Assembly (NCBI GenBank): GCA_964016885.1
Contig: OZ024740.1
Coordinates: 394,940,001-395,004,000, forward strand
DNA: 64,000 bases
Source of the DNA: Eledone cirrhosa
Taxonomy: Eukaryota
Reading direction: 5' to 3'
Shown: positions 26,937 to 39,866 of the stretch, piece by piece
Layout of the letters: each line of letters opens with the position of its first letter
Numbering within the stretch: position 1 is the stretch's first letter
Made by a program: the position numbers and the translations under genes
Notes under the pieces: model-generated
Database searches by the model: none
Told to the model about the DNA's origin: nothing
Seen by the model: only the letters and a program-made list of their open reading frames with translations

Positions 26937-27836
26937 ATATAGAAAATACATGAATCAAAGTTGTGTTTAAATCATTTATTTGCTTACAATTGTTTCTTCC
27001 AAACCGAGGTCTGGAGTTTTCGGAGCAATTTTTCAATGATTTTTTACATCCTTGACCTCCTTTCCAACACAAGAGACATATAGAAACATATGTATATATT
27101 GATGCACAGTGGGTTGACATCCATTATAATAAAATAGCATGGCAATATATATACAAAGATTAAAGACATATTAAAGGACAAAATTAAAGTTAAAATACAA
27201 CATTGGCAGTTTACGAAGATAAAGCAAGAGGATAGTTTGAAGTAGTTAGTGTATACAATAGTTACACGTGTGGCATGCACGTGTGTCTTATTTATATAAG
27301 ATTATAGTGCCGCAGGGTGTTACATGTAATACAAGCAGTTTAAGCAGGCAATCAAGAGTATTATGGGGGTTGTATTGGTAAAGTATTTTTTTAATATATA
27401 TATATATATATGTATGATATAGAAGCCTGTGTGTAGAGAGATATCAAAAATATTAAAAGTATTAAAAGTGAGAAGCAAAACAACGCCACGGTCCTCGCAT
27501 ACACCACCATTTTCACAATCCAGGAAACGCAATTTATAGATTATATGTCCTTACACAATCCACGATGATTCAACAATGGATGCTTGAAGAACCATGTTAT
27601 AACACTACCGCTTGTTGTTCTCTAAATCAATTCTATAGAGCAGGTTGTTTTGGATATCAACTCACTGTGCATCAATATATACATATGTTTCGCTATGTCT
27701 CTTGTGTTGGAAAGGAGGTCAAGGATGTAAAAATCATTGAAAAATTGCTCCGAAGACTCCAAATCTCGGTTTGGAAGAAACAATTGTAAGCAAATAAATG
27801 ATTTAAACAGAACTTTGATTCATGTATTTTCTATAT
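26937..27836. mobile_element. Fold-back element: ~186-bp inverted arms, each carrying an outward-facing HHR-like motif
   Basis: 26937-27123 is the reverse complement of 27651-27836 (~90% by eye). Confidence 0.85.
27745..27793 (+). ncRNA. Type I hammerhead variant (core CCGAAGA); more decayed copy at 26980-27028(-)
   Basis: ttgct-CCGAAGA-ctccaaa(tctcgg)tttggaa-GAAA-caattg-TA-agcaa; palindromic ACAATTGT stem III; distal pairing aaatcatt/aatgattt. Confidence 0.65.
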
Positions 27837-27842
27837 TTTCTC

Positions 27843-27957
<115 letters not shown>

Positions 27958-28042
27958 CATATGTATATATATATAGGTATTATATATATACATATATATG
28001 TATTATATATATATATACACATATATATATATATACATATAC

Positions 28043-28163
<121 letters not shown>

Positions 28164-28288
28164 TGTATATATAGTGTATGTTGCAGTACACTGTATGCTT
28201 AATTAAAAGCATTTCGAAGACCTTACGCTATTGTTTTAGAGTAGTGACAGTCTCACTTACTTTAATTTTCACCGAACAGTGGAGATAA

Positions 28289-28334
28289 AGCTGACAGAGC
28301 CCTGTTTCGCACTTTTTTGGTGCTTATCAAAGCT
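28289..28334 (-). ncRNA. Decayed hammerhead ribozyme
   Basis: agct-TTGATAA-gcac(caaaaaa)gtgc-GAAA-cagggctctg-TC-agct; all stems intact, two core substitutions. Confidence 0.55.
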
Positions 28335-28494
28335 AACTACCCCTCCTGTTTGCTGAAAATCATGAATGTTTGATTCTTATAGAATTCTAGTAATAATCAG
28401 GAACTGATTATACAGAGCGGATGCCGGTCAAGCAGAAATTTATAATTAGAAATAGCTATTTCAGAGCACCTATGTATGTATGTATCTATCTACC

Positions 28495-28840
28495 TATTGG
28501 AAGAAGAATCGGGATGGAGAGAGAAGTGCTGTACCCCAGCAAATTTTATAAAAGGTGGGTGAATGTGGAAAAGATGGCCCGAGTGGTTGGGCCTTCTCTC
28601 TATATAAGCCTGTAAGTTGAGGAAAAAGAGGAAGGAAGTACTCACTCTTGGTGCTCCTGGAGATGAGGGTTGTGCATTTTTTCGGGTTGTGTACAACCCC
28701 TGTGTAACGTGTCCCCCCTATTGGGGATTTCAATTGTTATTTGTTATTTTATTAATAGTTTTATTTTCATATACCTGTATGTAAACTCCCCATTTGTATT
28801 TGTCCCCTTCTTTTGTGCCCTTGTGGCTAATAAAGAAATT
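28495..28840 (+). mobile_element. Tx1/L1-clade LINE 3' fragment
   Basis: GRRIGMEREVLYPSKFYKRWV...GPSLYISL* + 3' UTR 'gtggctaataaagaaa'; TCTA-like flanks. Confidence 0.9.
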
Positions 28841-28864
28841 TATCTATATATATATCTATATTAC

Positions 28865-28970
28865 TTCGCCGAGGTTAACTTTGCCTTTCATCCTTACGGG
28901 GTCGATAAAATAAAGTACCGGTAGTGTACTGGGTAATTGCTGGCCTTGTGTCAAAAGTAGAAACAATTAT
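28865..28970 (+). mobile_element. SINE family A, 3' half
   Basis: Central domain and tail. Confidence 0.85.
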
Positions 28971-28985
28971 ATATAATACATATGC

Positions 28986-29465
<480 letters not shown>

Positions 29466-29513
29466 TATATATTAACAAATGGAAACTATATTTATAAAAC
29501 CATATTTATTTCA

Positions 29514-29567
29514 TTATACATATTTCAAGGACACCAAAGCAAATTATGGTGCGCTTTCATCAGATAA
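29514..29567 (-). ncRNA. Decayed hammerhead ribozyme
   Basis: ttat-CTGATGA-aagcgcacca(10 nt)tggtgtcctt-GAAA-tatgt-ataa; the cleavage-site nucleotide appears lost. Confidence 0.5.
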
Positions 29568-30025
29568 AATATAATATAGATCAGTTTTATAAACAAATAT
29601 TGACATACCCTTAAAGAATGCGACCATGTCGGTTGGAAGCTCCCGGATAGTGGGGTTACTAATTTTATTATTGGTCTATTATGCAAATTAGTGTCGGAGA
29701 GGTTTAAATCCCATACATTTAAATTAAGCCGTTGGAATAGGTAAAAAAGAAAAAGAAAAAGAAAAAGAAATAAAGAGTAAACCCAAAGAAGGAAAACAAA
29801 AGAAAAACAAAAGAAAGAGAAAGAGAGAAAACCCTAAGTGAGAGAGTGTTGTATTAACGTAATTTTATGAGATGATGAAGCGAAAAGATAAATATATAGT
29901 GGATGAATTACGCGGAGTAAATAAAGCGTGGATAAATAAATAAATAAATAAATAGTAATAACCGGAGAATTTTATCTAATGCTTAAATTTGATTAAATTA
30001 TTGAGATCTATATATTATTAAAAGA

Positions 30026-30155
<130 letters not shown>

Positions 30156-30645
30156 TATCAAAAAATATTATTAAAATATATGTTATTATTACATAAATTT
30201 ATTATTAATCATCAACCAACAATTAATTATTAATTTTTCAATTAACAATAAAACTTATAAGAAATAACAAAATATATGTTAAAAATATAGGAATGTTCAG
30301 AGATTTTACCGAAGAAAAAATCTCTTCTTAGTAATAGCAATACAGCGTGAGGGAAAATTGATTGATCAATTTGTTGAGTGCTTTATATCATTTGTAAAAA
30401 TATTTGCTTGTTGTATCCCAACAAATTAAATATAACTTCTACATATATATATATATATGAAGTTAATATGCCCACGGGCACTAAGTACCCCTGGAAATAT
30501 ATAGGTTGTCTATGATACAGGGTTGTTCAATGGTATTAATTTGACATACCAGAACTATAATATTGAGATAAGCAGAACAAGCAAAATTCAAACAATTTTT
30601 TAAAATAAATTAAAAAATATAATTTAAATATTTACCTACTCCAGT

Positions 30646-30728
30646 TGCTTTTACCGATCGGTTTCACTTCATAAAACATTAGAAATCCATGGGACCTTTA
30701 ATGGAAAAGTCAAGATCATCAGAGAGCA
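30646..30728 (-). ncRNA. Type I hammerhead ribozyme with long stem II
   Basis: tgctct-CTGATGA-tctt...aagt-GAAA-ccgatcgg-TA-aaagca; palindromic stem III ACCGATCGGT; one stem I mismatch. Confidence 0.75.
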
Positions 30729-31130
30729 TTTTCCTTTCCTAGGACAAAAAGTCCCAGGAACGGCAAAATATATTGCCATCTGCTAGCTAGTACAGGATCA
30801 AATGAGGCCAAAATTTGACCTGTACATGAACCAGTCCGTAGCAAAAGCGGAAGTAAACATAGACGTGTTGTCTACCCCACCACTAAAAATAGCAGCCAAA
30901 TAGAACAACAGATTTGTTCTCTACATAACGGAGAATATTAAATGAAGTTAATATGCCCACGGGTACTAAGTACCCCTGGAAATATATAGGTTGTCTATGA
31001 TACAGGGTTTTTCAATGGTATTAATTTGACATACCAGAACTATAATATTCAGATAAGCAGAACAAGCAAAATTCAAACAATTTTTTTAAATAAATTAAAA
31101 AATATAATTTAAATATTTACCTACTCCAGT

Positions 31131-31214
31131 TGCTTTTACCGATCGGTTTCACTTCACAAAACATTAGAAATCCATGGGGATCTCTAATTGAAAAGTCAAG
31201 ATCATCAGAGAGCA
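31131..31214 (-). ncRNA. Type I hammerhead ribozyme, second copy
   Basis: Same core and stems as 30646-30728. Confidence 0.75.
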
Positions 31215-31564
31215 TTTTCCTTTCCTAGGACAAAAAGTCCCAGGAACGGCAAAATATATTGTGAGCGAGGAAAAGGATCGCGTACGGTGTGGGACGATGG
31301 AGGAAGTGTGAGAGAGGGTGAGTAGCAGAGAGTGAGTGAGTGAAAGTGCGAGGAAGAGGCTAGCTGAGAGAGGGTGAGTGAAAGTAAGAGGGAGAAGGAG
31401 AGAGAAGGGGGATATGTATTATATATATATATATATGTATGTATGTATATATGTATGTATTATATATATACGTATATATGTATTATATATATATATATAT
31501 ATATGTATGTATTATATGTATCAATGTATCTATAAAGAAACATATCTATCTGTCTATATTACTT

Positions 31565-33017
31565 CTCCTCAACAGTTACGCAGAGAAACTGTTCTAAAAA
31601 CAGTAATTTTTAGGACGGTTTCAAATGTGTCGAAAAAACCAGTTCAATTATCCCCAAACGATATTGAACTGGTTCTGAAGAATTCCATGAAGGATATTGC
31701 CTTCATCCAAAAAGGCAAACTTTTTGGAAGCATTTCGGTGTTGTTGAAAGACCAATTGACAGCACAAAAATATTCTGTATCGCCGATTGTGTCCCCCCTT
31801 TACACCTTTTCCCCCACATATATGGGAAAAAGAACACAAAAAATAAAGATTTCGAACATTGCACCAAATGTAAACGTCTGGTGGATTCTAACTGGCTTCA
31901 TCGATTTCGACGAAGACACCATCATTTTGGTGGGCAAGTCCTCCAGAGGCACATTCAATGATACAAGCATGGAAGTTCTGGTCCAAATGAGGCCAGAACG
32001 GATAGCTAAAATACCCCAACGTGTGCCTCTAGATGGAATTTCACACATAAACATTTCTGTTGAGGGTAGGCGGCCTTCATGTTACCACTGTTTAAGCAGT
32101 GGTCACCTAAAGGCTTACTGTCCTCAGTTAACTAAAAAAAAAAAAAGAAGCACTACTGCCAACACCCAAAACAACAACACAACCACCACCACCACCACAA
32201 CTACAACAACAACAAAAAAAACAACACGCAAACACAACCACAACAAAAACAAAAAACCAACCTGCAAGCACAGTCCCACCCAACGCCACTCCACCTAAAA
32301 CCACTGCAAAAACACCCACAAACACAACAGCTCCCCAAAACATACCTCTTCCAAATAGCATAGACACCACAACGGACGAGGCCCCCACATCATCACCAAG
32401 TGATGATGAGGGAGAGCCTCTCCGTTCGAAAAGAAAGAAGAAAAGACACCACAAGAACAAAAAAAACAACGAACATCACTACAAACGTACAACCACCAAC
32501 ACAAACAACACAAATATTACAAACAAAAACCCCCCGTCCCGAAAACAAAACCACGACATCACTCCAAACACAAATACTTACAACAAAACGAAAGCTCCCA
32601 CAAAAACAACAGACAAATACCACCGCAACACAACAAGAACATTACACATACATAAACAGTAAAAACAAAACTTTAATGGGGGTCATCTCCAACGACCCTT
32701 CGGTTTTCACCGAAGGGAAAACTTTTTCGAACTGTGTAGACAAACCTAATTTAAAGATGATTAGGGTCCCTACGGACATCTATAAGTCTTTAAAGGAAAA
32801 TTTTCCTAAGGACGTGGGTAATCCTTGTGTTAAACCCATTAACCGCGTCCTTTTAAAAAGATTCCCCACCCTCACCCCAGACACCCCCACCCCAGACACC
32901 CCCACCCCACCAAACATCTCCGTCCCCACCCCGCTGGAAACCAACACCAACCCAGACAACTCCTCTAACACCCCCATGGAAACCGTGCGGCCTGATTCCC
33001 GGGAGACGAAGAGGTGA
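31565..33017 (+). pseudogene. LINE ORF1 (gag-like, CCHC knuckle CYHCLSSGHLKAYC, Thr/Pro-rich tail), frameshifted
   Basis: Track ORFs 31378-32298 and 32400-33017 plus the intervening frame; the upstream ORF start lies in microsatellite. Confidence 0.75.
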
Positions 33018-33051
33018 GTGTTTTCTTCTCTTTTAACTTTTCAGAACCAAC

Positions 33052-36000
33052 ATGGCCAATATAAGAGTTGGATGTGTGAATGTACGCGGCCCCGGGATGC
33101 CCTGCAAACAGGGCAAACTCTTAAACGACCTCAGGTCGCACAGTATGGATGTAGTAGCCATTTGCGAGTCCAGGATCCACAGCGAGCGACAGCTGGCCCC
33201 CATCTTCAATGACTTTGAGATATACGCATCTCTCTGTAGACCGGGGGTGGGGGCGGGGTTGCCGTTTCGCTGCGGAAACACCTGGGCCTCGTAACACAGA
33301 CGGTACATCTGGACCCGGAGGGTCGACTGGTGGTCCTAGACGTTGACGGTAGTGAAGGTGGAGCCTTCAGGCTGGTGGCCGCATATGCCCCATCCGGGAC
33401 ACCGCGGCCAGACTTCTTCAAACGTCTAGAAACTTTTTTGGGAACGTCCCGCTCCTTGCATTTAGTGGGGGACTGGAATGGAATCCTAGATGCACGTTGG
33501 GACTATGTGGGAGCATGTCCCGATGAAGGAGGGTTAAAGCTTCAAACAGTTAATCGGCCGATTTGAACTGGCCGATAGATATCGACTAGATTTTCCGACT
33601 GTGCCACTGTGGACGTGGACTAATCGCGGTGGAACATCTAGATCGTACCTAGATAGGGTTCTAGTTAGATATAAGGATAGGGACATGTTAAGCTGTCCGC
33701 AAATGTTCATGGTTGCCTATTCAGATCTCAAACTAGTGATCTGCATGGTCCACCTCGATAGAACCCATAGACAAGGACCCGGCTACTGGAAGCTGAACTT
33801 GTCGTTACCGACATGCAAAGCCTACAGTAGACGGATTAGCACTTTAGTTAAACAGCACTTGACAGGGCCATTGTCAACAACAGATGGTGGTACCCTCTCA
33901 AGAAGGCAGTTAGATTACACTCGTTAGTTTTTAGTAAAGAATTAGCGTTAGATAGAAATAGAACCGAGAAAGAACTGGTAGATAAAGTAGAAGAGGCAAT
34001 TAGAAGTGGCAACGTAGCTAGCGTGCTAGCAACGAGGACGGCCTTGGACCAGTTCTTCGACGCAAAGAATGAGGGCTGCGTTGTCAGAAGCAAAATACGT
34101 GCTCTGGGAAACGAGGGAGCCAAAGCTGTTAGCTGGGCCCGAGTGACGGAGGCAAAAAGTGGCAACAAGTCCACGATTCGGTCTTTGAAGGACCTAGACA
34201 GACGCGTGATACGTGAGCCGAAGCAGATGTGTGCGGCCTTTCAGCGGCACTTTGCTCAACTGTTCGGGCAGGGCGGCGCGCCGGGAGGGGCTATGGATTT
34301 CGGTCCATACCTCGACGGCTTACCGCGACTCTCGGACAGCGAGGCAAAGTTCTGCGAAAAGCCAATTTCAGCCGCTGATATAGGGGACGCGCTGAGCCAA
34401 TGCGGCAAACGCAAATCTCCAGGTCTCGATGGTCTACCCTACGAATTTTACGTAGCAATGCCGGACTTATTCTGCGGTCTCCTGGAAGCGGTCTACTGCA
34501 ACTGGCAACAGAACGGGAGAATTCCCAGTTCTGTGACTGGGGGCGTAGTTACACTAGTCAGGAAGGACGAGAATAAGGGGGATGACATAGCCAACTTCAG
34601 GCCCATAACTCTGCTAAACACAGAGTTACAGATTTTGGCCAAGGTGTTCGCAAAGAGTCTGGCGCTTGTCGTCGAGAACCTGGTGGGAGAAGCGCAGACA
34701 TGCGCAATCCCGACCAGGTCCATACACGACAACCTCCACCTCATGCGATACATCATAGAGAGGGTAGGGTGTAAACCTGTCTTCGGTGGGGCCCTGATCA
34801 ACTTGGATAAGTCTAAGGCTTTCGATAGGGTTGACCATTGTTACCTGGATGCTGTGCTCGAGGCGGCAGGCTTTGGACCCGTGTTCAGGGGCTGGATTGC
34901 TGCAATGCACAACAGCAACATCTGCTCAAGGGTTAAGGTGAACGGTTACCTCTCGGAGCCTTTCCATATCACGCGATCCATTCGACAGGGATGCCCTCTC
35001 TCCTTCATTCTGTACGTACTGACTCTCGAGCCACTACTGCGGAAGTTGAAGCTATTACAGGGCATCCCTCTGGAACCGGGACTGCGGAAAGCATCGACGT
35101 GACAGTAATGGTGTCGAGCGCCTCTCAAATCGAGGAAGTCGGCACCTTACTGAAGGAATACGAAAGGTTTACAGGAGCGAAGCTGAACCGGTACAAGTCC
35201 ATCGGTTTGCAACTCGGATCGTGGAGAGGCAAACCGATGCCTTCCGATGGCGTCGTCGGACGCTGGACGGAAGGACCAGTAAAGCTGCTCGGGGTCTGGT
35301 TTGGTCCGGACCTCCAGGTGGAGAAGAACCGGAACGAGGTGTCGGCCAAGGTGTTTGCACTCACCCAGAAGTGGGCCGAGTGCAAACTATCCTTGAAAGG
35401 TCGAGCGGAGGTGGCGAACACTTTTATAGCGTCCGCCATCTACTACCGCTTGACCGTCGTGCGTTGTACAGCCAAAACGCTCACCAAAATGGAGCGCTCG
35501 CTCTTCCAATTCCTTTGGAAGAGGCGGGCTCCTTTGGTGAGAAGATCCATCTGCTGCCAACACCCTCCCAAACGGAGGGCTGGGGATGTCGTGGCTGACG
35601 ATGCGCAAACACGCGCTCAAGCTGCGGCATCTCTACGAATTCCTCACCGGACCACCGGTGTGGGCCCCATTCGTGAAGCGAGCTTTCCCACGACTCGTCT
35701 CGCTGACCGAGCTGCAGTCTTGGGTCAAGCAAAGACCGAGAAAAATGGGCGACTGGCACATAGAATGTGCTCAGGTGCTCACAGCCCTCTGGCAGGCGGA
35801 CCCGGCGATCAGTGGAGACTCCACTTTGTCATTCTATAGAGGGCTGATCCGCAGCAAGTGCGACGACGGGCTCGGTGAAACTCTGGGCGTAGAGGAAGAC
35901 GAACTGGCCAGTCTGTTCGGTAGGACCTTCCGCTCGGGACCGATGGACAACTTCCAAAAGTCCCTGGCCTGGCAGTGCTACCGAGGAGCTCTACCAGTTC

Positions 36001-36439
36001 GAGACAAGCTCTACAGACATGGGCGCCCGAGGTGCGTGCGAGACGAAGAAGAGTCGCGCACGCATTCATACACTGCCAGGGCGTCACCGACCTGTGGGGC
36101 TATGTAGAACGACTATTGTCGCGGGTGGGACCAATCCGGTTGACCACCGAGTCCATTGTCATGATCAAACCGCCACCTTTCTTCAAAAACGAAGGAGAGA
36201 CGGTTTTCCTTTGTTTGATAGCTATGGCGAAAGAGGTTGTATGGTGGACAAGGTTGAAAGGGCTGAGGTCGGAAACCTTTCTCTCCGGCCAACAACTGAT
36301 TCTTTTTTTCAAATACCACTTTGGAAGAAGAATCAGGATGGAGAGAGAGGTGCTGTACCCCAGCAAGTTTTATGAAAGGTGGGTAAAAGTGGCGAGAATG
36401 GCCCGAGTGAATGGGCCTTCTCTCTATATCAGCTTGTAG
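33052..36439 (+). pseudogene. LINE ORF2 (APE endonuclease + reverse transcriptase), multiple frameshifts, YADD motif deleted
   Basis: NVRG, GDWN, SYLDRV, GPGYWKLN, KSPGLDGLP, NFRPITLLN, KAFDRVDH, RQGCPLS; comparison with the 58-61 kb copy shows loss of AVSAYAD near 35092. Confidence 0.92.
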
Positions 36440-36719
36440 GTTGAAGAAAAAGAGGAGGAGAGGAAAAGAGTACAAACTCTTCGTACTCCTGGAGATGAGG
36501 GTTACACATTTTTTTTCGGGGTTATGTGTTTCCCATATGTAATGTCTCCCCCTATTGGGGAAATTCGACTAATTTTTAAATTACATTTGTGATAATATTT
36601 TACACGTTTTTATTGTATGTAAACTTCAACCTTTGTATTTGTCTCCTTTTTTCCTTCTTTTGTGCCCCTGTGGCTAATAAAGAAACATATATTACTTAAT
36701 GGGCGTCTATATTAAATCT

Positions 36720-36783
<64 letters not shown>

Positions 36784-36784
<1 letters not shown>

Positions 36785-37301
36785 TATAAAAGTAGCGAAA
36801 CAAACGGTTATTAAACAATTTTCTAAATAAATTAAAAAATGATTAAATAATCACCTGTTCAGATGCTGTTACCGACGGTTTCATCATTCCGAAAGATTGG
36901 AAATCCAACGAATTTCCAATGGAAAGAAATGAATCTTCAGACAGCCCTATTTCCACGCTATAAGGTATAGCAAGTAAATATTATGCTCCCTGCCCAACGC
37001 ATGCGGTCAAGCCGTTAAAGTGACACACACGCAAATCAGGTCGCTGATAAAAGCTGGATATTATAAACATGTCGAATTGCCACTAAAATTAGCGGCATTA
37101 TTCAACGTTTTGTTCTCTACGTAAGGAGAATAAATTATAGAAGTGGATGGATACTTCAACAGGTACAATGTACTTGTAGAAATATTCAAGTTGTTTATAA
37201 TACATGTGGTTCAATGGCACTAATTCGAGATACCAGAACAATATAAAAGTAGCGAAACAAACGGTTATTAAACAATTTTCTAAATAAATTAAAAAATGAT
37301 T
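36784..37301 (-). mobile_element. Retrozyme-like unit (457-bp period x ~1.13), distant relative of 30457-31261
   Basis: 36784-36844 repeats at 37241-37301; shares blocks (cactaaaa.tagc, ttgttctctac.taa.ggagaata, taccagaac) with the 485-bp family. Confidence 0.78.
36865..36945 (-). ncRNA. Type I hammerhead ribozyme
   Basis: gctgt-CTGAAGA-ttcatt...attggaaat/atttccaat...aatgat-GAAA-ccgtcgg-TA-acagc; perfect 5-bp stem I. Confidence 0.85.
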
Positions 37302-37346
37302 CTACAGGACTAGAACTGTTTCATTCTTTAGAAATCATCAGGAATC
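37298..37346 (-). ncRNA. Type I hammerhead ribozyme (monomeric stem III) overlapping a 64-bp perfect palindrome (37317-37380)
   Basis: gattc-CTGATGA-tttc(taaa)gaat-GAAA-cag(ttctagtc)ctg-TA-gaatc. Confidence 0.8.
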
Positions 37347-37471
37347 TGCAGATTCCTGATGATTTCTAAAGAATGAAACATATATTAAACATATATTAAA
37401 ACTTTTATTCTCTGCTATGTATTGAGGACCTTACTTACTGTGGTTACCTCCGATCAACCCGGAATAACTTA

Positions 37472-37510
<39 letters not shown>

Positions 37511-38162
37511 CATACATAATACATACATATATACATATTTAATACATACATATATGTATGTACAAATGTAAGTATGTATTTATGCATATATGTATGCATG
37601 TATGTATGCATGCATGTATGTATGTGTTTATGCATGCATGTATGCATGTATGTATGTATGTATTCAGAATTTTAGATGTATACAGGTAAACAATAACAGT
37701 AACATCAACTCCTTAACATCTTCTACCTCTAATTCGGTATTTCAAACAACGTTTTAAAATCTAATTAAATAGAAAAAAACTACATGTATGGAATATCAGT
37801 AAAGAGATATCTAAACATAATCTCCCTCTGATATTTAAAAATACATAAACTATAATGAATTTAAAATATATGCCAAACACTATTGCGGTTTGCTCTAAAT
37901 GAATTTTCTTTCATAGATATAATCAAGAACGTAATATCGCTAGTTCGAGTACCTCTTTCGATTAGTTTATTAGCTATAGGTGAACGCATTCAATTTCTCT
38001 CAAATCACACCCTAATGCCTTTAAACAGAGGTTCTCAAAGTGGGCGCTACCGCCTCCGGGAAGGAGACGGGGACATTGAAAAAGTCCAGGGGGCGCTGGG
38101 CTAAGAGGGCGGTAGGGGAAAGATAGAGATGATATAATAGTATATTATGATACATATGATAC

Positions 38163-38346
38163 ATAATTGTTTCTACTTTTGGCACAAGGCCAGCAATTGT
38201 TCCAGTGCATTACTGGTACTTTATTTTATCGACCCCGTAAGGATGAAAGGCAAAGTTAACCTCGGCGGGATTTGAACTCAGATCATAAAGGGAGGTAACT
38301 CTATGCTTCAAAGCATGGCGCCCGACCCTCTACCGATACTGCCAAT
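38163..38346 (-). mobile_element. SINE family A
   Basis: Full motif set; TSD-like 'atatgatacataat' on both sides. Confidence 0.9.
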
Positions 38347-38484
38347 ATGATACATAATGATACATATTATATATAAATATAGTAAAATAAAAAATATATA
38401 GATAATATTAATACATAGAATATATTATATTACTTATTATATATAAATTGGCGATTTTATTTGTTATATATTATTTACAATTTT

Positions 38485-38650
38485 AATAATTGTTTCTACT
38501 TTTGGCACAAGGCCAGCAATTATTCCAGTGTATTACTGGTACTTCATTTTATCAGACGCCGTGCCTTTCATCCTTACTGTCGATAAAATAAAGTACCAGT
38601 AATGCACTGGATAATTGCTGGCCTTGTGCCAAAAGTGGAAACAATTATTT
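38485..38650. mobile_element. Inverted pair of SINE family A 3' halves
   Basis: ~68-bp arms; flanked by direct repeat attatttacaattt. Confidence 0.85.
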
Positions 38651-39674
38651 ACAATTTGCATGTAGGCAGGTATCTCTGGAAATAGTCCTAGAACCTCTGA
38701 CTTAAAACAAAGGCAGATTATATACTGTTCTGCTGAATATGGCCCAAGTGAAGATAAAATATGAAAGGGGTACAGTGTGAATGTTTATGATCATGTCCGT
38801 TGAATCAGATCTGGTTTAATCGACACTACCAACAACATTGGCCACCATGGAAGACTCTACGTCTTCGCCCAATCTGCTAGAAGTAGTTTCAAAATTTCTC
38901 TTAAATTACATCTTAGAGCAAGACACATTGACTAATGTAGTCTAGGTTCCTTCAACATAGAAAAAGACGATATGGTTTGGATAGAATACCTTCGACATTT
39001 GTTCTGCTCGATCTGATCTGACCTGGCATTAAACAACAGCAACCATAACTTTTAGATCTCAATTAAGTCTTAATATTGATTTCTACTATGTCACAAATTT
39101 GGAGAAGAGGTGTCATCTCCTTAATTGGTATTTCACTTTATAGCCTCAGAATCAGCCTCAGAATGATGAAAGACTAAATGGACCTCGGCCTTAAGTTAAA
39201 TAACACCTCAAATACTTTCTGTTTTGCTGTCTTCTAAAGTGTAGGGTTATGTTTTAAGAAGAAACTTAGTTAGAAAGTATTTAAACATGGTTAAATCCAG
39301 TATTGATTATGTATGGTGAATCTAATAACCTGATCTAATATAAAGCCTAGTAAATTTCCGAAACTTTCACACGTTGCTGGTCATTGTAGAAGATTTTCTT
39401 CTGGTGAATTGAACGCCACAATCATTCGGCTATTGCAATAATATAATTATAGTTACTAACCTTAACATAATTGGATGGCCACGGCTAGAAGCATTTTGAT
39501 CATAGGCCTGTCTGATCAAGGTTGACCGAAAACTTAGCAATAACACAGACATTAGAAGGCTGGGAGGATTGCCTAAATTGTCTAGGATGGTATGTGGTAC
39601 TGGGTTCATTGTATATATATAGCAGAACGATGTGGTCAGTGCTACTTAACTATTTGAATAGAACTGACCTAAAC

Positions 39675-39866
39675 AATAATTGTTTCTACTTTTGGCAGAA
39701 GGCCAGCAATTACCCAGTGCATTACTGGTGCTGTATTTTATCGACGCCGTAAGGATGAAAGGCAAATTTACCTCGGCGGGGTTTGAATTCAGAATGGCAA
39801 GGGCTGTAACTCTATGCGTCAAAGCATAGCGTCCGACCCTCTACCGATACTGCCAATCCACCGCCA
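39675..39866 (-). mobile_element. SINE family A, full length
   Basis: Full motif set; TSD-like ctgac(c/a)taaacaataat. Confidence 0.9.

Larger units (their letters stand above)
30457..31261 (-). mobile_element. Retrozyme-like tandem array, 485-bp unit x ~1.66, two HHRs
   Basis: 30457-30775 repeats at 30942-31261; no ORF; HHRs at 30646-30728 and 31131-31214; minus-strand 3' end joins (TA)n. Confidence 0.8.
31565..36687 (+). mobile_element. Tx1/L1-clade LINE, near full length, inactivated
   Basis: ORF1 with zinc knuckle, ORF2 APE+RT, 3' UTR with aataaa; possible 10-bp TSD tatattactt (31555-31564 / 36688-36697). Confidence 0.92.
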
